A DNA stretch of 42,202 nucleotides, taken from positions 1 to 42,202 of the forward strand of contig JBDRFE010000003.1 in assembly GCA_043819075.1 (NCBI GenBank), given 5' to 3'. Shown piece by piece: positions 1 to 8,547 of this stretch; position 1 is the stretch's first letter, and every line of letters begins with the position of its first letter. The position numbers were made by a program, and so were the translations under genes. The DNA comes from an archaeon (GTDB taxonomy: Archaea; Iainarchaeota; Iainarchaeia; Iainarchaeales; 1-14-0-10-31-34). The notes under the pieces were generated by a model that had not been told where the DNA came from, did no database searches, and saw nothing but the letters and a program-made list of their open reading frames with translations.

Positions 1-1
1 A

Positions 2-2674
2 CAAACTTGTACTAACACTTGGAGTGTTATTCCAACAGGAACAATAGGAAACACTTACGCTTTTTTCGTAACATACACTCCAGCGAATACTGCGATTTCA
101 CCACAAAACACTTCAACAGTTAATCTAACAATTGACAGACAAACAGGCTGCACTAACGGAACAACAAGAAACTGCACTACAACAGCAAACTGCACAGGAA
201 CACAAACATGCTCAAACAACGTCTGGGGCTCTTGCATTGACGTCCCAAACGACGGATGCCCAATATGCACTAACGGAACAACACAAAACTGTACTACAAC
301 ACAAAACTGCGCAGGAACACAAACTTGTGCAAACAACACTTGGGGAACTTGCACTGATATCACAGGAGACGGCTGCCCTGTATGCAATAACGGAGCAACA
401 CAAGCTTGTACAACCACAGCAAACTGTACAGGAACACAAACATGCGTAAACTATGTCTGGGCTTCATGCATTGATGTCCCAAACGACGGCTGCCCAATAT
501 GCACTAACGGAGCAACACAAAACTGTACTACAACACAAAACTGCCCTGGCACACAAACTTGTGTGAGTAATTCCTGGGGAACATGCAATGACACAACAGG
601 AGACAACTGCCCTTGTATTGAAAACTGGAGCTGTACTTCTTGGAGTGCTTGTGTGAACGGAAACCAGACAAGAGTTTGTACAGACAATAGTTCTTGCGGA
701 ACAACAACAAACAAACCATTTGAAAGCCAATCATGCATTGAATGCATTAACGAAGCAACAAGAAGCTGTATTACAAACCAGGCTTGCGGCGGAACACAAA
801 CTTGTGTAAGCAATTTATGGGCTTCATGCATTGACACTCCAAACGACAACTGCCCTCCATTAAGTTGTGCTGAAGGACAAATAACTTCTTTATGCGAATG
901 CAATGGAACAGTTTATTCAAGCGGATACTGTTGTGCTGGAACATACAGAACAACTCCTTGTCCCACAGACTGCTCAGAAGGACAAATAACAACTCAATGC
1001 TATTGTGATGGAACATTATTTTCTACAGGTTATTGTTGTTCTGACTCACACCAAACAACCCAATGCAGTTGCACTGAAAACTGGGTGTGCGGAACATGGA
1101 GTTCCTGTTTGAATGGAAGCCAGAGCAGAACATGCAATGACACAAACAGTTGCGGAACAATCTTAAACCGGCCTTCTTTAACCCAATCATGCGGAGTATG
1201 CACTAACAACACAACTCAAGCATGTACAACTACAACAGGATGCGCAGGCACACAAACCTGCATAAACAATTACTGGAGTACAACATGCAATGATATTCCA
1301 GGAGACAACTGCCCTGTCTGCATACAAGGACAAATTACCTCTGAATGCTATTGTGATGGTTCTGCAAGAACAACAGGATACTGCTGTAACGGAAATTATC
1401 AGACAACAGCCTGTCCTTGTGTTGAAAACTGGAGTTGCACTGGATGGAGTGCTTGTGTGAACGGAACACAAACAAGAACCTGCACTGATTCAAGTGCATG
1501 CGGAACAATTGTTAACAGGCCTTCACTTTCACAATCATGCGGCGAATGCGTTAACACAACAATCCAGTCATGCACCACTACAAGCACTGGCTGCAGCGGA
1601 ACACAAACTTGTTCAAACAACTTATGGGGCTCTTGTGCTGACATTCCAAATGACAACTGCCCTTGCGTTGAAAACTGGAACTGCGGAACATGGAATTCAT
1701 GCTCTGACGGAATTCAGAACAGGGCATGCTCTGACAACAATGACTGTAATACAACAGCCAGCATGCCTTCACTGTCACAGTCATGCGGAGAATGCATTAA
1801 CACAACAACAAGAAACTGTTCAACTAATTCAGGCTGTCCTGGAACACAGACTTGTTCAAACAACTTATGGAATTCTTGCGCTGACATAGCAAACGACAAC
1901 TGCCCTGCAATAGTTATACCTGTAACAGAAAAAGAATTCAGTGCAATAGTTGACCCAATAAAAGTAAGAGACAAAGAAATTTTTACTGTAACTGTATTAG
2001 GCGACAATTCATATCCATTACAGAATGCAAGAATAACTTATGCAGGAAAAACTTATTATTCAAACCAGAGCGGAAAAGTAACAATGGAAACACAAAAAGA
2101 ATTCAATTCAATTACAATAACCAAAACAGATTACAAAAAACAGACAATAAACTTAGACATAATTACAACTGAATGCGGAAACAATGAATGCGAAACACCT
2201 TATGAAAATTCAACTAACTGCCAAACAGACTGCAAAACAGTTTTAAATGAATTAACAATTACAACTTCAAAAGAAGGCAAGGCAATAATCATAATAAAAG
2301 TAACTGATTCAATAGGAAATCCAGTGGCTGGAGTAAAAGTAAGTTACGGCGAAGAAATAAAAACCACTGATTATGATGGAATAACTTCTTTCAATGAAAT
2401 AAAAGAAAAAACCAGCATTACAGCAAGAAAAGACAGCTACCAGATAAAAACAATCAGTTATGCTCCAATAGAATGCTTGGAAGGCGAAACAAAGGAATGC
2501 AATGCTTCAGCAAACTGCAAAGGCATTCAATCATGTGACAATAATTCTTGGGGAACATGCATTGCAGAAGACAGCCAATGCACTGAAGGAACAGGAACAA
2601 CAACAATAACTCTTGCAATCATATTAGTGATTGGAATAATTGTGCTTGTAATAACAAAAGTTACTTCAATTTGA
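2..2674 (+). CDS. Large cysteine-rich repetitive surface protein with C-terminal membrane anchor (5' end outside the window)
   Basis: The frame of the 563..2674 ORF is open back to position 2 (QTCTNTWSVIPTG...). It carries three kinds of Cys-rich module, two beta-rich domains and a C-terminal hydrophobic helix (ITLAIILVIGIIVLVI), plus many N-x-S/T sequons. Confidence 0.85.
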   Translation, partial: QTCTNTWSVIPTGTIGNTYAFFVTYTPANTAISPQNTSTVNLTIDRQTGCTNGTTRNCTTTANCTGTQTCSNNVWGSCIDVPNDGCPICTNGTTQNCTTTQNCAGTQTCANNTWGTCTDITGDGCPVCNNGATQACTTTANCTGTQTCVNYVWASCIDVPNDGCPICTNGATQNCTTTQNCPGTQTCVSNSWGTCNDTTGDNCPCIENWSCTSWSACVNGNQTRVCTDNSSCGTTTNKPFESQSCIECINEATRSCITNQACGGTQTCVSNLWASCIDTPNDNCPPLSCAEGQITSLCECNGTVYSSGYCCAGTYRTTPCPTDCSEGQITTQCYCDGTLFSTGYCCSDSHQTTQCSCTENWVCGTWSSCLNGSQSRTCNDTNSCGTILNRPSLTQSCGVCTNNTTQACTTTTGCAGTQTCINNYWSTTCNDIPGDNCPVCIQGQITSECYCDGSARTTGYCCNGNYQTTACPCVENWSCTGWSACVNGTQTRTCTDSSACGTIVNRPSLSQSCGECVNTTIQSCTTTSTGCSGTQTCSNNLWGSCADIPNDNCPCVENWNCGTWNSCSDGIQNRACSDNNDCNTTASMPSLSQSCGECINTTTRNCSTNSGCPGTQTCSNNLWNSCADIANDNCPAIVIPVTEKEFSAIVDPIKVRDKEIFTVTVLGDNSYPLQNARITYAGKTYYSNQSGKVTMETQKEFNSITITKTDYKKQTINLDIITTECGNNECETPYENSTNCQTDCKTVLNELTITTSKEGKAIIIIKVTDSIGNPVAGVKVSYGEEIKTTDYDGITSFNEIKEKTSITARKDSYQIKTISYAPIECLEGETKECNASANCKGIQSCDNNSWGTCIAEDSQCTEGTGTTTITLAIILVIGIIVLVITKVTSI
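149..613 (+). repeat. Four tandem 117-bp (39-aa) coding repeats arranged as a 234-bp higher-order duplication
   Basis: Units start at 149, 266, 383 and 500 (CTNGTTxNCTTTxNCxGTQTCxNNxWGxCxDxxxDxCP). Unit 1 most resembles unit 3, and unit 2 most resembles unit 4. Confidence 0.9.
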
Positions 2675-2682
2675 AAAAGCTT

Positions 2683-5040
2683 TTATTTCTTTGACTTAAT
2701 TTTTAATAATTTTTTTGTTTTGTCTTCAAGCAAACGGCTTTTCTTTATTGTCTCACTTTTCTCTTTAGTTAACGCAACCAATTCTTTTTTGGAATCTTTT
2801 TCTAATTCAGCTTCTTCTGCAAGGAGTTCATCATATTTTCTGTTAAATTCCTGCAGGGAAATAAGGTTTTTTGCTTTCAGTTTCTTTAAATCCCTTATAG
2901 TCCTTTCTCTTGCAAGCGCTTCTTCTTTTTTTTCCTCTGATTCAATTAAATGAGCTGAACTAGAGCTAATCCTGTTCCTTAATTCATTTATCTGCAAAGA
3001 ATAATCCCTGTTCAGTTCATTGTGCTTGTCTTCAGATATTTTTCCCTCAAAAAACAATTCATCTGCTTTTCTCTTTATTTTGCTTAACTCTGAAAGCTGG
3101 CTTTCAAGAGAATCCTTTCTTGTTTCCCTTAAAATCAGGTAACCTGAAACAACCAAAACCAAAGTCAATAAAACGAACACAGATGCAAAGAAAACAGAGT
3201 CAGCAAGTGATTCAGGTTCTTTTCCATTATCCTGCAAAACAGATGAATCAATGAAATCTTTTTCAGTAAAAGAATCATAGTAAATGTAAACTGAATCAGA
3301 TACCTTAAATAATTCTTCTGAAAGATATGCAAGAGACAAACCGCTTTTAATTCTCTCTAACGCAGTTGAAGCATAACCTTGTTCTTTATAAAAGTCAGCT
3401 GAAGCAAGAAAGTATTTTGCGTGATCAAGGTAAAGCCTTGCCCAGACAAAAGAATGGCTGTCTGTTTTTTTTAATGCAAGATTCTGGTCAATCTGGCTTA
3501 TTTTTGATTCAAGCAAAGAATAAGCTTCTGCAAAAGACAAGTCTTTTGATTCAAGTGAAGCCTTAATCAAAGCATAAGTTGAAGCAGAATCAAATGCAGT
3601 AACCAGATACCACGAATAATTTTCAGCCTTTTTTGCAGAATCAAGCCTTCTCAGAATATCAAGTTTTTCTGTTTCATCTGTTAAAGAGTCAATTGAATTC
3701 TCTGAAACAATAATATAATTGTCTGAATAGTTTTTGAAAGCATTATCCATTTTAACTCTTTTCTGCGAAGAAGTTGTTTCATTGTATAACTCTCTTGCTG
3801 CCTCAAACCAAGCTAAAGCAAATTCATAGTCTTCAATTTTTTTCATCTGGTCTGTTTCCTGTGTCATTGCACCAGTGTCAAGAACTATCTCTGAAACACC
3901 CTGAATTTTTTGAATATTGACTTCAGCCCACACAAGCCTTTGCTGTGCAGCAATATGCCATTCAATGAAATCAATCGGAAGAGAAGCATCCAAGTTTTCT
4001 TTCAATCCTTCAATGTTTTTTTTCAGGTCATCAACTTTTAAAGTAAAAACCTTTGAATCAGATTTCAAAATCGAAGGATTTTCTGCTACATCTTTTACAA
4101 GAGAAGCATAAACTTTTGCAATAAAAACATTGTTTGCAGCAGAATACAAATAATTTTTCTGGTAAAGCTGTTCGCCTTGGATTAAGCTTTGCTCAGCAGA
4201 ATTCAGGGTGTTAAGAAGAGAAAAAACTGTTGCATCATCAAGAGCAGTATTAGACAAAGCTTTTCTTGCAGAATCCTCTCCTTCAGTCAAAACTTTTGCT
4301 TCATCAAGCATTCTCTTTGAAAGCCTTTTCATTATTTTTAGGTCAGGTGATTCAGGCAGTGCTGCAGGAAGAAATTCTTTTACTTCCTCTGTTTTATTTA
4401 CATCAATTGCCTCTATTTCAGAGAAAGCATACTTTAATACTTCATCAATAGTTGAAACCTCTACAACTTTCATAGACCAGTTTTCTGCAGCATAATTCAC
4501 TAAATTAATTGTTTTAACAGAATCATCTGATTTAATTACCTGCCTTGATTCTCCTGCAGGAATCATAAACAATTTTAACCCGATTTTATTTGCTTCCTCG
4601 CTTTTAGCAAAAACTCCTCCGACTGGACCAATGCCTCCTTGCTCTGAAATTGTTCCTGTCAGCCCCACATTAGAGGGAAGCCTTTTGTCCTGCAGCATTG
4701 AAACCAAAAGCAGGGTCATTGCTGCTCCAGCGCTTGGGCCTCCGACAGAAGAAGCATCAGAGTCAATGTCAAACTTGTAATCGTATTTGTTTATTTCAGT
4801 AAAATAATTTGATGCAACCTTTAAAGCAACTTTTTCAGAGTTTTGCGTGGTAATTTCAATTAAAGGGTCAATGTCAGTCCAAATCTGGCCTGTTCCAGGC
4901 TCAATTAAAATTGTTAAATCAGCTGAAACCGCTTCGCCGTCATTTGTGACAGCAAAAATCTTCATATGGCCCTGGCTTAAGACAGCAAAAGCATTGGATA
5001 AAAACAATAACAGAAAAAAAATCAAAAGCAATTTCTTCAT
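2683..5040 (-). CDS. Secreted, membrane-anchored archaeal Lon-type (S16) serine protease without ATPase domain
   Basis: Signal peptide MKKLLLIFFLLLFLSNAFA; Lon protease motifs GGPSAGAAM, LTGTI and GPVGGVFAK (Ser-Lys dyad); long helical region, one late TM helix and a coiled-coil tail. Start moved to the ATG at 5040. Confidence 0.85.
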   Translation of the reverse strand: MKKLLLIFFLLLFLSNAFAVLSQGHMKIFAVTNDGEAVSADLTILIEPGTGQIWTDIDPLIEITTQNSEKVALKVASNYFTEINKYDYKFDIDSDASSVGGPSAGAAMTLLLVSMLQDKRLPSNVGLTGTISEQGGIGPVGGVFAKSEEANKIGLKLFMIPAGESRQVIKSDDSVKTINLVNYAAENWSMKVVEVSTIDEVLKYAFSEIEAIDVNKTEEVKEFLPAALPESPDLKIMKRLSKRMLDEAKVLTEGEDSARKALSNTALDDATVFSLLNTLNSAEQSLIQGEQLYQKNYLYSAANNVFIAKVYASLVKDVAENPSILKSDSKVFTLKVDDLKKNIEGLKENLDASLPIDFIEWHIAAQQRLVWAEVNIQKIQGVSEIVLDTGAMTQETDQMKKIEDYEFALAWFEAARELYNETTSSQKRVKMDNAFKNYSDNYIIVSENSIDSLTDETEKLDILRRLDSAKKAENYSWYLVTAFDSASTYALIKASLESKDLSFAEAYSLLESKISQIDQNLALKKTDSHSFVWARLYLDHAKYFLASADFYKEQGYASTALERIKSGLSLAYLSEELFKVSDSVYIYYDSFTEKDFIDSSVLQDNGKEPESLADSVFFASVFVLLTLVLVVSGYLILRETRKDSLESQLSELSKIKRKADELFFEGKISEDKHNELNRDYSLQINELRNRISSSSAHLIESEEKKEEALARERTIRDLKKLKAKNLISLQEFNRKYDELLAEEAELEKDSKKELVALTKEKSETIKKSRLLEDKTKKLLKIKSKK

Positions 5041-5322
5041 GACAAACACTTAACTAAATTACAGCAATAAAATAAAAGAAAAAAGGGATTATTAAGTGTT
5101 TTGTTTTTAAAAGGCACAAAAAAAAAGAACCAGAAACAAAAAATCAGCAAAAAATTAATAAAAACAAAAACAGATGCCAAAAAAACGCTTTCAGGCAAAA
5201 AAATTAATTAAATAAAAAAACAAGAAAAAACTTTTTAACTAAAAAAACCAGTTAAGCCTAAACAAAAACAAAAAAAATTAATTGAACAGAAAAAACAAAA
5301 AAAGAAAAAATAAAAGGATTAT

Positions 5323-5619
5323 TCAGCCGAATAAGGCGCCTAATCCTTGTGCTGCTTCTTCTTCTGTTTTTCCTTCTTCTTCTTTTTCTTCTTTCTTTTC
5401 AGCTTTTGCTTCTGAAGCCTGTGCTGCCGGAGCTGCTGACATAACTGAAGCAGACTTAATTGCTTCTTCAATGTTTACATCCTTTAAAGATGCAACCAAT
5501 GCCTTGACTCTGGCGGAATCAACTTCAATTCCAGCTGCTTTCAGGACTTCAGTGACAGATTTTTCAGTGATTTCCTTTTTAGCGGAATGCAAAAGCATTG
5601 CAGAATATACGTATTCCAT
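5323..5619 (-). CDS. rpl12: 50S ribosomal stalk protein P1 (L12p)
   Basis: N-terminus [11 protein letters not shown], Ala/Glu-rich hinge, C-terminal GLGALFG; GGAGG ribosome-binding site. Confidence 0.97.
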   Translation of the reverse strand: MEYVYSAMLLHSAKKEITEKSVTEVLKAAGIEVDSARVKALVASLKDVNIEEAIKSASVMSAAPAAQASEAKAEKKEEKEEEGKTEEEAAQGLGALFG

Positions 5620-5663
5620 AATTTATTCCTCCAAATTAAATAATAAAAACAAATTAATTTTCA

Positions 5664-5864
5664 TTAATTTTCTTCTGTATTTTCCTCTTTCTCTGATTCG
5701 TCTTCAGTTGTTTCTGTGGCTTCTTCGCTTGAATCATCTGAATCTTCTGTGCTGTCAGTTGTTTCTTCTGCTGTTTCTTCTGTTGAGTCATCAGTGTTTT
5801 CTGTTTCCTCGCTTGTTTCTTCTTCGGTCGTGGTTTGTTCTTCGTTTTCATTTTCTTCATCCAT
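5664..5864 (-). CDS. Hyperacidic 66-aa low-complexity protein
   Basis: ATG at 5864 preceded by TTTGGAGGAAATAAA, nearly the same RBS as rpl12. 26 Glu + 8 Asp in 66 aa. Co-oriented between rpl10 and rpl12. Confidence 0.65.
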   Translation of the reverse strand: MDEENENEEQTTTEEETSEETENTDDSTEETAEETTDSTEDSDDSSEEATETTEDESEKEENTEEN

Positions 5865-5912
5865 TTTATTTCCTCCAAAAAAATAATTGAAAAACAATTC
5901 AATTAAACAAAA

Positions 5913-6971
5913 TTATTTTTTTTCCTCCGGCTTTTCAGCTTTCTTTTCTTCTGCTTTTCCTTCAGATTTTTCTTTTTTTTCTTCAGGTTTTTCTACTTTA
6001 AGGGCTTCTTCCTTTTTCTCTTCTTTTGGAACTTCTTTCTTTTCCTCTTTTACTTTCTCTTTTTCAGGTTCCTTTTTTGCTGCATCTTTTGTTTCTTCAG
6101 CTTTGTCTTCCTTTTTTTCTTCTGCAGGAGCATCTTTTACCTTTGATTTAAGGATTACTGCCTGCAAATTTGATTTAGCAATAAAAGCTTCAATGGTTTC
6201 AGAGTTCAGGATTTCTGCGTTAAAAGCAAGGTTCATTGAATCAAATACTGCTTTAGTCAAAAGGAATGGAATTGTTTCTGAAGTTGTATAAGAAATATTC
6301 AAAGCCAAATTGAATGAATCCCTTCTGGCAGAAACAAAGTTATTGAATACCTGTTCTTCGTCTACATCCAAAACTTCTGCTTTAAAGATTTCGCCTTTCT
6401 CGAATACAGCGTTTAAATCTAATTTAACTTTAATCGGCTTAATATTTAATTTAGATAAAATTCCTGCTGCAGGCTCTGAAACAATTTCTCCTTTCTTGCA
6501 GACAACAGTGTCTGTTGGAACTTCAATCGTTCCTCCGGTTAATTTTGCTTTAATGCCTGCTGCTTTTAATTCACTTAATGCAGGCCCTGGCGGCAGGCCG
6601 GTGTCGCCTGCAGGAACAATCAAATCTAATGGAGCAATCATTCCGGCTTTAGCTGGAGCGCTTCCCTTGTTTTTCTTTAATAAAGCATATAATTCAAATG
6701 CATTTAATTCAGTGAAAATTATTGCCAGAGAGCCTTTAGAAAATTCTTTTAAGCCGGAATCCTTTAACTTTGATTCATTTAAAGCCTTTAAAAAAATTCT
6801 TGTTTTAGAGACTTTTACAACAGCTTTGTCAGCTAAAAGCTTTCTGACGTCAGCAAACAAATTAGCTGAAAATCCTTTCAATGAAGCAATGCCTATAACA
6901 GAATGCCTGTCAAGCAATTGCTTTAATTCCTTGACTTCTTTTTCCTTCCATTTAATTGAATGAGAAGTCAT
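5913..6971 (-). CDS. rpl10: 50S ribosomal protein P0 (uL10)
   Basis: WKEKEVKEL N-terminus, PAGDTGLPPGP insertion domain, LNIKPIKV; position between rpl1 and rpl12. Confidence 0.95.
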   Translation of the reverse strand: MTSHSIKWKEKEVKELKQLLDRHSVIGIASLKGFSANLFADVRKLLADKAVVKVSKTRIFLKALNESKLKDSGLKEFSKGSLAIIFTELNAFELYALLKKNKGSAPAKAGMIAPLDLIVPAGDTGLPPGPALSELKAAGIKAKLTGGTIEVPTDTVVCKKGEIVSEPAAGILSKLNIKPIKVKLDLNAVFEKGEIFKAEVLDVDEEQVFNNFVSARRDSFNLALNISYTTSETIPFLLTKAVFDSMNLAFNAEILNSETIEAFIAKSNLQAVILKSKVKDAPAEEKKEDKAEETKDAAKKEPEKEKVKEEKKEVPKEEKKEEALKVEKPEEKKEKSEGKAEEKKAEKPEEKK

Positions 6972-7645
6972 TTTTTTGCCTCCTTTTTGCCAGTGCTTTC
7001 GCCGATTTTAATCGGAGGCCCCATTGAAAGCTTTACTATAACTGATTTAATGTTCTGGTTTCTTGAAGGAAGCTTTTCTTCAATAATATTGTAAATAGAT
7101 AAAATGTTTTCAGCTAAATCAATGTCCTGCATTATTTCTTTTCCAACAGAAACATGAATTAATGGCATGAATTTTCCTTTCTTGTTTGAAAGCTTTGTTT
7201 TTCCTGAAGAAGTTTCAATCAAAGAATAAATTGATTTAAGGTCTTGTGTAATCGGCTTAGGCATTTTTCCTCTTGGAGCAAGGGTCTGCCCTAAAAATTT
7301 TCCGACTAAAAGCATTACAGGGCCTTCAGCCATTAAAACATCAAATGATTCAGCGATTTCCTGGATTTCTTTTTTTGAAAGAACTTCAATTTCATAATCC
7401 ATTACAACCCTGCTTACAATTTCCTTTAACTTTACTGCAAACTCTTTGTCTTTAACAAAAGCAATTGAACTGGTTTTCTTGATTAAGCCATGAGGCATTT
7501 TAACTTCCAAGTCAATTCTGTTTTCTGCTTTCTTGAAGTCAATTCCCTTAAAGTTAATGGTTAAGTCTACTGACTGCTGGAATTTTCTTGTCTTAGATTT
7601 GTCTCTTGCTTCAGATAAAGCAGCTAAAACTTCTTCTTTTCTCAT
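6968..7645 (-). CDS. rpl1: 50S ribosomal protein L1 (uL1)
   Basis: RKFQQSVDLTINFK, LAPRGKMPKP, VKLSMGPPIK. Start set at ATG 7645 behind GGAGG; ATGA overlap with rpl10. Confidence 0.96.
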   Translation of the reverse strand: MRKEEVLAALSEARDKSKTRKFQQSVDLTINFKGIDFKKAENRIDLEVKMPHGLIKKTSSIAFVKDKEFAVKLKEIVSRVVMDYEIEVLSKKEIQEIAESFDVLMAEGPVMLLVGKFLGQTLAPRGKMPKPITQDLKSIYSLIETSSGKTKLSNKKGKFMPLIHVSVGKEIMQDIDLAENILSIYNIIEEKLPSRNQNIKSVIVKLSMGPPIKIGESTGKKEAKK

Positions 7646-7801
7646 AAAAACATGGCCTCCTGCAACATCTTTTTCCAAAAGCTGTACCAAAAACAGTCTT
7701 CTGGCAAAGACGCAGTAAAACGGCTTAAAATCAAGTAATAATACTTATTTCTCTGGAAAAAGGTTTAAAAAAGAAACGCAAAAACTGGATTGAACAAAAG
7801 C

Positions 7802-8050
7802 TTAAGGGTGGCGCTTTCTTTTTCTAGCCGGCCACGGAGATTCCGTTTTAGCTTCTTCCTTAATCCTTTTAGCTGCTCCATCAAGATATGCTTTCGTTAA
7901 GGGATTGCCAAAAATTTTCTTAAGAGAAATATTTGAAACAGGTTTCCTTAAAACAGCAGTGTTTCTTGCAATTACTTTCTGCCTTTGCACAAGGTTTCTC
8001 TTTCCTGAGGGAGTAAGAATTCTTGCCTTTCTTTTTATAGGTTTTCCCAT
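7802..8050 (-). CDS. Small highly basic hypothetical protein (82 aa)
   Basis: ATG start, fills the gap, TATA-like element about 25 bp upstream; K/R-rich; no recognised family. Confidence 0.6.
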   Translation of the reverse strand: MGKPIKRKARILTPSGKRNLVQRQKVIARNTAVLRKPVSNISLKKIFGNPLTKAYLDGAAKRIKEEAKTESPWPARKRKRHP

Positions 8051-8069
8051 AAAAAAATAATAGCGTTTG

Positions 8070-8083
8070 AAGTTTAAAAACTT
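8070..8083. promoter_or_regulatory. Candidate bidirectional TATA element
   Basis: Inverted repeat AAGTTT-AA-AAACTT lies 20 bp from each of the divergent ATGs (8050 and 8103). Confidence 0.5.
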
Positions 8084-8102
8084 TTGCTAGAAAAAATCTT
8101 TG

Positions 8103-8534
8103 ATGAAAGCAGAAAAATTCCTTGAACTCAGCAAAGCAAAAACATTGGCAGTGTTAACAGCCACAACAACAATTCTCTTATACATAACCAAGAATCTTTT
8201 TTTGGCGCCGGAAATCCTGATGGTTTTTTTAGGCGCAACCGCTTTGATTAAATTAAAAGTTGACGGAGTTTCACTGAACGAAAAAAAAAGCGAATTAAAA
8301 AAAGGAATTTATTTTTCTATTGCAGGATTGATTCTTGGTTTTGCAGCAGAAAAGTTTTTTGGGGTTAATCTTATTGTCGAAATTGTTCTGCTGTTCCTGC
8401 TTTTTGCTGTAATAAAAGAAGTTTATTCAAAAAAAGAAAGCAAGTGGGTTAATGCTTTTGTGTTAATGGGAAGCGTTTTGATTGTATCAGGAATTATTCT
8501 GTTAATTAAGTTTGTTTTAACGGAATTAATCTGA
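8103..8534 (+). CDS. Hypothetical integral membrane protein (about 5 hydrophobic segments)
   Basis: Alternating hydrophobic helices and short Lys-rich loops; ATG at 8103. Confidence 0.7.
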   Translation: MKAEKFLELSKAKTLAVLTATTTILLYITKNLFLAPEILMVFLGATALIKLKVDGVSLNEKKSELKKGIYFSIAGLILGFAAEKFFGVNLIVEIVLLFLLFAVIKEVYSKKESKWVNAFVLMGSVLIVSGIILLIKFVLTELI

Positions 8535-8547
8535 TTCAGTTTTTTAA

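Noticed and set aside
149..613. Regularly spaced repeats that could suggest a CRISPR array
   Set aside because: In-frame 117-bp coding repeats without unique spacers; no cas genes in the window.
55..2007. Many short alternative-frame and antisense ORFs over the Cys-rich gene
   Set aside because: Shadows of the repetitive coding frame; only the frame starting at position 2 is continuous and modular.
5282..6963. Plus-strand ORFs of 202, 134 and 217 aa
   Set aside because: Antisense to rpl12, the acidic ORF and rpl10; Ser/Phe-rich composition mirrors Glu/Lys codons.
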